This document shows, piece after piece, positions 53,501-64,000 of a DNA stretch of 64,000 bases. The position numbers and the translations under genes were made by a program. The stretch lies in NCBI RefSeq assembly GCF_006345805.1, contig NC_043006.1:87544001-87608000 (forward strand). Direction: 5' to 3'. Position 1 is the stretch's first letter, and each line of letters starts with the position of its first letter. The notes beneath the pieces are model-generated. The model ran no database searches, was not told where the DNA came from, and saw nothing but the letters and a program-made list of their open reading frames with translations. This DNA is from Octopus sinensis. Its lineage: Eukaryota.

Positions 53501-53610
53501 ACATATATGAGTTATAAAATAATTTTTTCCAAGAACATTTAAAATTTTCTTTTTGGCGAAGGTCGGGATGGGGTGCATGGCTACTCATTCTAGAGGATGT
53601 TGCTGCTGAA
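50581..53610. repeat. Near-perfect 373-bp inverted duplication (50581-50953 vs 53238-53610)
   Basis: By-eye comparison gives 2 mismatches. The left arm abuts a (TA)n tract. Confidence 0.9.
51827..52738. mobile_element. Non-autonomous Tc1/mariner-superfamily (Tc2/pogo-type) DNA transposon with TA TSD
   Basis: TA|CTGTAAATTCTCGAGTATAGTCTGC ... GCGGATTATACTCGAGGATTTACGG|TA: 25-bp imperfect TIRs with CCGTA-type ends. No transposase ORF. Confidence 0.8.
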
Positions 53611-54064
53611 AAGATATATTTGGAATATAATATCTTCGAAAATATAGAACATTAATTTAAACAGGATCTATTTTGGTTATTGGAAAAATTTCAAGAACAT
53701 TTTTTCCTGTCTTTGTATATTACATCTTCTACTACCTTGATTTATTTAATCATTGTTTTGGGAGCCACTAATAGAAACATTCAGTGAACAAACTCTTCAG
53801 TCCTAAGTAGAAATGAAGTTAACAAATCACATGCAAACACACATTTATACACATACACACACACATCTACATACTGATATACATACATATATATGCAAAT
53901 GTACATACATATAAATAAAAACACAAATTTATATTACATATGTTGTCAAGTAATTTTATAACTGTTTGTCTGCTACAATCTCTCTTGCAAGCAACAGTTC
54001 AATCACCTTTCTATCATCCATGGAGTCAAACAAGGCTGTGTACTTACTTCATCTGTAACTATTA

Positions 54065-54496
54065 GGCATAGGAGTGGCTGTGTGGTAAGTAGCTTGCTTA
54101 CGAACTGCATGGTTCCGGGTTCATTCCCACTGCGTGGAACCTTGGGTAAGTGTCTTCTACTATAGCCTCGGGCTGACCAAAACCTTGTGAGTGGATTTGG
54201 TAGACGGAAACTGAAAGAAGCTCGTTGTATATATGTATAAATATATATATGTGTGTGTTTGTGTGTGTATATGTTTGTGTGTATATGTTTGTGTGTCTGT
54301 GTTTGTCCCCCAACATCGCTTGACAACTGATGGTGGTGTGTTTATGTCCCCGTAACTTAGTGGTTCAGCAAAAGAGACCGATAGAATAAGTACTAGGCTT
54401 ACAAAGAATAAGTCCTGGGGTCGATTTGCTCGACTAAAGGCGGTGCTCCAGCATGGCCACAGTGAAATGACTGAAACAAGTAAAAGAGTAAGAGTA
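54065..54496 (+). mobile_element. Full-length family-A SINE
   Basis: Same head, CORE-like segment and tail as 32779, with different diagnostic positions. Confidence 0.9.
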
Positions 54497-54894
54497 TTTA
54501 CGTTATTTTGGGGGTAGTGTACTTTAAAAGACAACAAGTAAACCCACAAGTGGTGTGTATACTCACACAAAATTGCATAGTGGATTGCTGAAAATATCAA
54601 GGTAAATATCTACTAGAAAGTTCCACAATATGTGGAGCTTTGACTGATGACTCAGTTCAAGTGCCTGTTTTCCAAGATAATATCCCCAAAATTTACAAAA
54701 TCTTCAATGTGTGATCTCAGCTTTCAGCCAGTCAGTTGATGTCAAAACAGTGAAATCTTATACACCCTAAACCTGGAATGCTGGAACATGAACTGACCAT
54801 CATGACTGTAACTTGGCCACTTAGTATCATAACATAGTACACACACATGCACACACACATATATACATACATTGGTAAGTGGGGCAATTGTATA

Positions 54895-55146
54895 CAGATA
54901 CAAGCTTATCTGTGTGGTTCAGAAGCTTGCTTTTTGACCACCTGTTTCCAGGTTCTACCAAATTTCTACAGCTGTGGATTAATCAAAGCTTTGTGAAATG
55001 AATTTGGCAGATGGAAACTGAAAGAAGCTTATCAGATGTGTGTGTGTGTTACGCATTTTTCACTCACTGGTGATGTCCTGTACTTAATGTGCATTCTTAA
55101 TTATTTATAATTGAAGTGATGCAGCCTTTGTCAATACTAAGTTTAC

Positions 55147-55184
<38 letters not shown>

Positions 55185-55440
55185 TATATGTTTGCATGTA
55201 TGTATGTATATAAATGTATGTGCTTGTGTTTCTTTGTCTTGACATAGAATGATAGATGTAGATGAGTGTCACCATCAGGCAAGTGTATCATTCATTCCCA
55301 ATCATACATGAAAACATATTCAGTCATGGGAAAATATTATCTGGCTCAAAAACAAACGAGAGTTGTCAACTGGAAGTGTATCTGATGGCAGAAAATCTGC
55401 CTCAAGAAATTTCATATGATTCATACAAGCAGGGATACAC
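54895..55440 (+). mobile_element. Old SINE with an RTE-like tail, interrupted by low-complexity sequence
   Basis: Decayed head (...aatttggcagatggaaactgaaagaagc) and a tail matching 5566-5826. Confidence 0.5.
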
Positions 55441-55920
55441 GTTTATCAGAATGACTGTAAAGTTTTGCTTTACAAGTTCTTCTATGTTTTTGGATCACCT
55501 TGTGAATGGGGCTTAGTTATTGCAACGTGGATGTGGTTTTTACAGTGTATTTTTGTGACATATGAAAAAAAAGGACCCTCATTTATGCATTGTTTGAGTG
55601 AGTAGAAATGAATTTTCATGTTAAAAGTATGGACAGCATGCTTAACTAAAACGTTTTGCAGAACAAAGCAATGTTGTGGGTAAACAGTATTTTTCATATG
55701 CAATATATAAAAAAAAAAGTAAAGGGTTATGGTAAATATAAGTTTGCAAATTGTCTAAGATGTTTGAACAAGACAGATCTCATTATAAACAAAAATGCAT
55801 GTGAGAGAAACTATATAAAAAGCAGCACAAAAATTCAGAAACAAGAGTTTTTAATAAGCAAACACAGTAGAAGTTGGGAGAGTTTCTGACATCAAATATA
55901 CCAGCAACAAAATGGCTCGC

Positions 55921-56548
55921 AATGAATTCATTCATTGATGTCTTTTAATATTCCTTCTGAAATGCCATGATCAAGAATGACAGAGTGCAAGGGACATTTG
56001 CGCTTCAGGTACCCCAGCTGTCACCATTCAGCACCCATCGGTGTGTACATGACTGTCCTGCCCTCCTTGAGTGCAATTGCTCATACCTCATCCAGAATAT
56101 CGATGAACAGTTGTTTGTTTTGCCTAACAGCCATCAACAGGATGGTCTCAAAGGGTGTCCCCGTCGTGAAGTCACCCATTGTTTTCTCGCAGTTTCGCTC
56201 CACTTTGAACGAGTTGCCTTTTTATGCTTGAAAAAGTGATCACCAGCTTGGCACAAAGTCAAAGTACATGAAGACACGACCTGTGTCTGATTGATGGTAC
56301 TTGGTGTGAATGCTAAGATGCTGCGCACGTTTGTACACTCGGTTGGAGATCCAATGCAACAACCATTGGTAGCTCTTGTCCGAGCTCGGCACCTCTCAGC
56401 TGATCAGGTAGTTTCTTCACAGCAGGATCAGACCATACTGACTTAATTTCCGCAGTGCTGCCATTCCAGTTCCAACACCTACCAGCCCAAATCCAGCACC
56501 AAAATAGGGATTTGTGGTCAGGGATCCCATAAGGTCTGCAACCATCAT
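55921..56548 (-). pseudogene. BCS1L: Disabled copy of the N-terminal half of mitochondrial chaperone BCS1 (about codons 1-210, no AAA domain)
   Basis: The minus strand reads [34 protein letters not shown]...[15 protein letters not shown]...QHLS...FDFVPS...KVER...TGTPFET...GRTVMYT.MGAEW*QLGY...PLHSVILD. It is collinear with BCS1 ([42 protein letters not shown]). It carries several stops (56417-56419, 56396-56398 and others), compensating frameshifts near 56220-56250, and a 4-bp duplication near 55925. Confidence 0.93.
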
Positions 56549-56777
56549 AAGTAATCAGCCAATGAGTGAGTATTGTCTGCTTATATATTACATAAGTTCC
56601 TCTCAAGATCTGCATTAATAGAGACGATTATGCCAAAAACAAATTCCATTAAAAGTAGTTGATTATCGATCTGTTAAAAATAGTGTTAAACATAGTTCTA
56701 TGGTGCAGAGAACTTGACTGTCTGTGTGAGCCAACTGTTGCACTACATTTTTAACAAAATAGAGTCAACTATCTTGG

Positions 56778-56823
<46 letters not shown>

Positions 56824-57858
56824 AACAAACAAACAAATGTAAGTAGGTAAAGAAATTGATAAACAGAAAATATGAAAAGTGAAGAGAGATAGAGCATGAA
56901 TATCCTGTTTGATTTCATAGCAAATTTTCTTAAAATGATGTTACACTAGTTTTGTGTTTAGGTGCAGAGGTACAGCTAGTAGTTAATAAGTTTGTTTTCC
57001 AGCCATGTGATTTTGAACCCAGTCCCACTATGTGCCACTCTGGGTATGTGCTTCTGCTATAACCCTTAGCAAACCAAATCTTGTGAATGAATTTGTTAAA
57101 TGGACACCAAAAAAAACCCTGTCCTCTGTGTGCGTGCGTGTGTGAGTGTGTGTATGCATATGTGAGTGTGCATGCATGTGTGTATGCATTTGCTTACATC
57201 TGCCACTTGCTTTTTCAAAAGTCATGATGTTCATGCATTGCTTTGTTGGTGTTTTTCTTTCATCAAAATATCATCCACTCATTTTATGCCTTCAAACCTT
57301 TAGTTAAAAACAGGCAAGGGTTAGCATGAGGAAAGGCATCTGGTTGTAAATCAATGTCTCAATAATATTCATCTAACCATTTATCTAACAGGCTTGTGCA
57401 TGTGTATGCATGTGTATGCGCGTGCCTGTGTGTGTACGTGTGTCATACTTAAGTTCAAAGATTTTTTGGCCTAAATTTTGTGAGAACAGTCCATTGCACT
57501 GAAAAGGTACTCTTGAGCATAACCCTTTTGCCTATAAGCATTTCTGGTCCCAGGAAAATCCAAAACAGAAGAATTCTGTCCTCTATGTTAACATCATTGA
57601 TGGAAGACAGCAACCCAGAATGGTTAAATCAGGAAAAATAAGTGACGATTATGATGTGTCTTTTTCATTTGTTGTGTCAAACTGAAATCTGGTTCAGTGA
57701 TTCCATCATTATGTTGATGGCACCAATATATTGAAAAGAGAAATTATAATTTGGTGCATAACATTTTGTTGGGTCACCTTACCTTCATGATTTGTTGTAG
57801 TTCACATATATTTGTATACTCTGTGTACATGCATGCACATGCGTATACCAAAAGATAT

Positions 57859-57900
<42 letters not shown>

Positions 57901-58386
57901 CACATATATATATATAGAGAGAGAGATGAAAAGAAAGCAATCCATCAATGTGTGTGTGTGTGTATGTGTGTGCGTGCATGCATGCATATACAGAATATAC
58001 ATATGAAAAATATACCCATCACTTAGAAGCAAGTATGACTTGGTTACATATACTTTGCTTTCACTTATTGTTTTAGATGTAGCCATGAGCATATTTATAC
58101 ACTGTCTCAGTTCCACCCCTTTTTGACTCAGCAGAATGTAAAGGAAGTGACAGATAGAGAAAGAAAGGGCTGCATCAGCAGATGGCTGATACTCATTTTC
58201 AATCCAGCAGACTGAAGCAACATGAAAGGAAGTGCCTTGCTCAAGGACATGGCAGGTTTCCTGTCCAAGAATTGAGCTTGTGATCTTTGGATATTGGTCC
58301 AAGATGTCACTCAGGGTGATCGAATTCAAACCTCAAAAGCAAACTTCTTAACCTATCTGCCATATCACACTTATCATGTTAATACT

Positions 58387-58766
58387 AATGCCATGGTAAT
58401 GCCCCTTTTATATTTTGATGATGGAATTACCATTGCTATGAGCAACTACAGTCATTAACAACTCTTAGTAAACAAAGTTCATGTAATATCCTGTTTATAT
58501 TAATGCAAACATAACAAAAATACGGGAATGATTTAATGTAACCAAAATGTTTGATTATGTTTATGTTTATGTTTTTAATCAAACATAAAGCAATGTACCT
58601 AATTACACCAATATCTATATCTATAAAGGAAACAATGTGATTATGTAAGTTACTTCCGTTATAAACTGTTATCTGTTGAACATTCATCTCATCCACTGCT
58701 GTAGAATCATGGACATTCATCAAGCAGAGGTTGAATTGTTTCTATAGCGACTGTTGCTATGGTAAT
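58387..58766. promoter_or_regulatory. Cluster of RFX X-box-like motifs with forkhead-type motifs (candidate ciliary-gene promoter or enhancer)
   Basis: GTTTCTATAGCGAC (58738-58751) lies next to GTTGCTATGGTAAT (58753-58766). Also ATTGCTatgAGCAAC (58432-58446), weak AATGCCATGGTAAT (58387-58400), GTAAACAA (58468) and TGTTTAT (58492, 58558, 58564). No TE was recognised in this interval. Confidence 0.45.
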
Positions 58767-59085
58767 ATATTATTGTTTAGATTTGAAATACTGCGTTCAA
58801 ATAAAAATTCTTTAATAGCCATGATTGTTATAAAAACATGAGAGTGAAATGTAAAAAAAGTATTAAGTTACCGAATGCTATTCATTTTCCACTTTAGTTT
58901 CAGAAGTTTTACTTCATTATTCAATTAGTTTATTTATATAATAACGGTACCACAATAATATAGGAACTGGAAACCATGGCAAAACCACAAACACAACTAA
59001 AAGAAAACAAACAAGAGCAAGGAATCTGGCCAAATATTTTACAATAGGTTACATATTAAATATGTACATTATATGTGCATGCACA

Positions 59086-59119
<34 letters not shown>

Positions 59120-59140
59120 TGTGTGTGTGTGTGTGTGAGA

Positions 59141-59280
59141 GTGTGTCCAAATATACCACACACTGTACATACGTGTGTGTGTGTGTGTGAGTGTGTCCAA
59201 ATATACCACACACTATACATACGTGTGTGTGTGTGTGAGTGTGTCCAAATATACCACACACTGTACATACATGTGTGTGT
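59141..59280. repeat. ~50-bp tandem repeat x3 (gtgtgtccaaatataccacacactgtacatac(gt)n)
   Basis: Seen directly. Confidence 0.9.
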
Positions 59281-59929
59281 GGGTATATTCAGTGCTGCAT
59301 CAGCTAGAAGCCATTGCTAGCTACTTAAAAATGAAAAATATAAAAGTTACAGTAAAGTGATAAAACCACACTAACCTATACTATATCATGGTGCTGCCAA
59401 ATATTCCATCCAGCAGAGGTTCTGCACTATTATATATGGACCTCTCAACCAAAGGGAAGTTTATTTTCCCCCTTATTTAGAGAGAGAGTGTGTATGTTTT
59501 GGTGAGGTGGTGATTTTCTCAACGACTTTATTTAATCTGACAATGAATAGAAACAAGGAAAACTGTTTGTTTTATGATTATTGTATTGGTGGCTGACTGA
59601 ATTCATTGCCCAGATTAATACTACATCCTGGTTCTTGTTTGCCTCTAGTGGAGTCTGCTCTACTGCAAGCATTTGTGCCAGATATCAGGCTGAAAAATAC
59701 CTTCCATTCTCTGTCATGTGTCTCAGAGACCTTGTAAAGTTTCATGAACACTGCCTTACTTACTGACTAAATGATGAAATCAAAACAACTGCTTCATCTG
59801 AGAGAGGTGAAAAATGCAGTATTGTAATATCGCCAAATTTACATCATAAAGATTATGTTTCATCTTCACAGGAAAAGGTATATTTCATCTTTCAGTTTTT
59901 GATCTTTTACATATCTTGAAAACAATCTA

Positions 59930-60275
59930 CATTAAGCAATTTCTCATATCTGGAATCTGAACAATAGTAGTGCTCCAACACATGCATAGTTATATTCAAA
60001 ACTGCCATCCAGCTGAGAGACAAGGCTTCACTAACCATTGATATATCTCAAATTATACCAACCACTTCTAACTCTCTGCAATGAATTCTTTTCCACTGAA
60101 CTTGTAAGCTGAGTATCATCTCTGCTCAAAGCTTACTTCATACATTCACCTCTCTAAAACCACTCTAGTTGACACCTCACAAACCCAATACTGAACAATT
60201 TGCACATTATACTAACTCGCCTATTTGGAATTCTCTCCTTTCAAACTGCAGAAGTACAAGAGAAAAATCAGGTAC
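59930..60275 (+). mobile_element. Ancient CR1/Jockey-group LINE C-terminal remnant
   Basis: Short motifs in the expected order across frames: SHIW, KTAIQL, WNSL, LQKYKRKI. Very decayed. Confidence 0.35.
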
Positions 60276-60439
60276 ACTGAATTTAATCTGTCAAAGGATT
60301 CTGTCCCTCCTTCTCTTTACAACAAACTGAAACATGTATCCAGCTCAAATACACAGCAAATCTCTTGCTTAAATATATTATGAAACATTTAAATTAACAG
60401 TCAAATCATATTCAAATATATACTATGTATGTATGTGTG

Positions 60440-60470
<31 letters not shown>

Positions 60471-61169
60471 ATATCCTTTCTCCTATCTCTTCCCCACACA
60501 CAAACACTTAAACAATATGTACACTTATTAATACATATAATATACATGCATCCTCAACTCCTCTCATACATATAAACCAAAGTGTGTGTATATATATATA
60601 TATATATATGTGTGAATTTATATAAATATGTGTATATGTGTATATATGATGTCTTTGATAATTTTGTAAGCATTAAGATATATTAAATAGGTTTTAAATG
60701 AATAAAATGCTATTGGCATCTCAATAATAATAGCTTGGATATTACAAGGCAAACAATGCACACACACACACATAGTTACATACTCACACACACATAGTTA
60801 CATACTCACACACACATAATAATGACGACGATGATGATGATGATGATGATGAAATAGAAACTAAATAAGAAAGGTAAAATGCATTAAAAGATAAATACAG
60901 GAATAAATCAACTGGGAAATTCTTTTCTCCAAAATTTGTAATTTTCTGGCCTATTCTATTTATTTCTCCCTTTATACATTAAAGTAAATTATTTGATTGA
61001 AAAAATCATGTTGAAATTGTTGAAGTTTGGGTTAAAATACATATTTAAGATTGATACACGTGAAAACAATTTATGTTCACAAACCATGTGAAAATATGAA
61101 TACATGGATAGAAATATGTACAGATTTAGATACAAGTACACACTGATGTATGACAAATTATAAGTGATA

Positions 61170-61203
<34 letters not shown>

Positions 61204-62559
61204 GGCAGAGAGGAGGAGAAGGAGTTTTGTATTTCTTTAAGGAATAAGTTGAATTCTGGAATAAATACCATAAAGAGAGAGAATTAAGGATGAAAACCAA
61301 AGAAATCTTAAATAAATTTATATGCCAAAAAAACATAAATAAATAAAATGAAACTGATATGGGATATATAATGTGAAAATTAAACATTTCACAGGTATAG
61401 ATTTTGATCAGATAACATACACATACCCTGATATTCACATACATGTGCACATACAAAAGCCATACTGCAAAAGCTAATTGCGTGTTTGCATGTGTTTTTT
61501 TTTAATTCTTCACTATTCATAAGGAAGGAGGAAATATTTTCTCTGATACGAAAATGCAATATTTTCTATATTATTAATTTAGATAACAGAGGGTAAGATG
61601 GATGGATTTCTATCATTCAGCAATGAGGATCCAATTGTTTGATCATCTGAATTATTAGGTGCATTGAATGAGTAAGTGTCTGAGTACTCCACAAACATGT
61701 ATAATCTTAAAGTAATTCTCTGGTAGAAGTGTGACCTTGAAGTAATTCTCACACAGTATCATATGACCAAGAATGTCATACTGAATTGCAAGTACAACCC
61801 ACCTGATGGGCTTCTAGACAATTTCTGTCTGTTCAGTTTTACCCACAAGAGGAAACGACAATGGACTGGGATGTCTAGTGATATGAAGTTCTTGAGAAGA
61901 CCTACCCATATCAGCAAAACTCAATTCTAGAAGTGTTGTGTATTCCACACACATGTAACAAGAAAAATTTTCAGAAACCCTTTCCCAACAAACCAAACTA
62001 CATCTCTTCTCTTCCTCCCATCTCCTCTTTCATGTACTATGCTATTCTCACTCCCCAGTCCTGTTCACTCCAGTAGCCCTCCCCACATCCCTCTATATAC
62101 CCAGGTTTTCACCACTCATTGCATTCCCTTCCCACACTCTCTACTCATGCTTCTTTGGCAATGCCCTGCCATTTATACTATGACCTCTGTACCTCAAGAG
62201 TATGCCCTGACACTTGCCCCCTCTATATCTTTCTTTTTTTACTCAACCATTTCATTTATGTATTGATCCCTAGTGAGTATGCCCAACACTTTGCCACCAT
62301 TTCTCCTATTTCCTCTTGCATATTTGCTGTTTCCCACATTTTCTCTCTCTCTCTCCTTCTCCTGGTCTTCCCTCAGGCTGGGTAACAATGAATCTCCTCT
62401 ATAGCACCACACCTGTTTCTGTCCTCATTCTTGATCTCTCTCTCTCTCTCTCTCTCTCTCTGGCCAGGTAACCATGTACAACAAGTCACCTGTTTTTGTC
62501 TCTCTTTCTCACTATAACCTTTCATCATCTGACACAAGACCACCTCCTCCAAAGGATTT

Positions 62560-62870
62560 TTGTCTTGCAAGTTACTTGCTGACCCTGCCAGTGCTGATGC
62601 CACATAAAAAGCATCCAGTTCACACTGTAAAGTGGTTGGCATTTGAAAGGGCATCCAGCTGTAAAATACCATGCCAAACTGACCTCACTTGTACTGGTGC
62701 TACATAAAAAGTGCTCAGTCTGCTCTGCTGGATGGCTTGGATGGCTGGTGTTAGGAAAGGCATTCAGCTGTAAAAACCCTGCCATAACAGTCACAGAAGT
62801 CTGGTGCAGGCTCCTGACAAACCATTCAACCCATGCCAACATGGAAGGCAGACAGTAAATGATGATGATG
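62560..62870 (+). mobile_element. Old RTE 3'-tail fragment
   Basis: gccagtgctgatgccacataaaaagca...gtaaagtggttggcatttgaaagggcatccagctgtaaaa...aacccatgccaacatggaagg...gatgatgatg. Confidence 0.7.
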
Positions 62871-64000
62871 AGAGTCAATGTGAAGCTATAGAAAATGACA
62901 ATTACCCAAGAAGTTATACAGTGGAATTGAACCCAGAATCTTGTGGCTGCAAAGTGAACTTCTTAATCACTCATCTATATTCCTAGATATTGAGGAAAAA
63001 CATAAAAATGCAGCAGGAAGTAATGTGACATCTTCTAAAATTATGAAATTACGGATTTGCATATTAGTGGTGTTAAATAAATAAATAAAAATGAAGGCAA
63101 ATGAAAGTACTAACAGTATAAATGCAATAAACATTGGAGTGATTAATTCACATATTAATAGAAACTTCCAGAAGAAAGAACCAAAATAATTGTACTAATA
63201 TAAAAATGGTACAATTTTTGGAGTAACTAATTTATATATTGGTAGAAAGTTCTGAGAAGATGAAAGAAAATAGGCATACCAAAGTAAAAGAAGTGTATTT
63301 TCTTGAGTTACTAATTAATATATTAGCAGAAAAGTCATAGACAAACATAACAGAATCAATAGAGGAATGCAAAGTAATAAATAATTCATATGTTTAGTAA
63401 ATAAAAGGGAAAATAATTATAGAAAACAATCGGAGTTTTTCTTCATCTTCATACATAATTTCAATTTATAGCTGAATTTTCTTGTGGAAAAATAAAATAC
63501 AAAATTTTCATGATGATTATTGAAAATACTTATCAATAACTACATTAAAACAATGATAACATTGGCTAAAATGAACCATAGGTCAAATATTCAATTTTCA
63601 AATATTCATCTTATCACCAAAAAGATAAAAGGAATGGAAGGAGATGTGTACTCTAAAAGCTGCTGTGGAGGTATCCTATTAATGAGAGAAGTAATTCTAA
63701 ATAAAAACCAGTACAAAATAGTGGAATCTTCTTAGCAGATAACAACTCTCTGAAAGTGTCATGATTGAATGCATTATGTCATACTGCAAAATGGTTGATA
63801 GTAGGAAGGATATTGGGGTGTCCCAATAAAGGACCAATTAAAGAAACCCACATATCCTAGAATACCCTTTACCCCAGCTTGTTCATTGGATTCCTGTGAA
63901 AAGCTGAGCAAATAATAATTATAATAATTTATGATAAAGACGCAATGCTTCAGATTTGGAGGCAGAGGGCAGTTGATAACATTGGTCCTTGAAAGCAAAT

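Noticed and set aside
55921-56548. Idea that the BCS1 copy records A-to-I editing of its source mRNA
   Set aside because: The visible lesions are C-to-T, not A-to-G, and the parental sequence is unavailable for comparison.
63850-63905. Minus-strand peptide GVKGILGY resembling GAPDH
   Set aside because: Only about 8 residues match, and the flanks do not follow GAPDH.

Overview
AT-rich eukaryotic (animal) non-coding DNA, intronic or intergenic. The repeat families look like those of coleoid cephalopods (Octopus-like); this is from recall, not a database search. No intact protein-coding gene can be supported, and nearly all long ORFs in the supplied track come from (TA)n/(CA)n microsatellites or antisense TE frames. 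The window contains: (i) RTE and CR1/L2-group LINE fragments; (ii) at least four tRNA-derived SINE families, several with target-site duplications; (iii) four Penelope-like element (PLE) remnants, two in large inverted-repeat arrangements; (iv) a Helitron Rep fragment and a complete non-autonomous Helitron; (v) a Tc1 transposase remnant and a Tc2/pogo-type MITE; (vi) a disabled copy of the 5' half of BCS1 (55921-56548, minus strand). Best leads: an apparently intact minimal type-I hammerhead ribozyme at 25780-25823 inside a non-coding inverted/tandem PLE-like unit, with degenerate hammerhead-like motifs at the other PLE ends; a cluster of RFX X-box motifs at 58.4-58.8 kb suggesting a ciliary-gene promoter; a PHD finger inserted inside an RTE reverse transcriptase; SINE/LINE 3'-tail sharing with a covarying hairpin; and several long fold-back structures. 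Parts of 19.6-28.2 kb look like poorly polished long-read consensus, so single-base details there need read-level confirmation.
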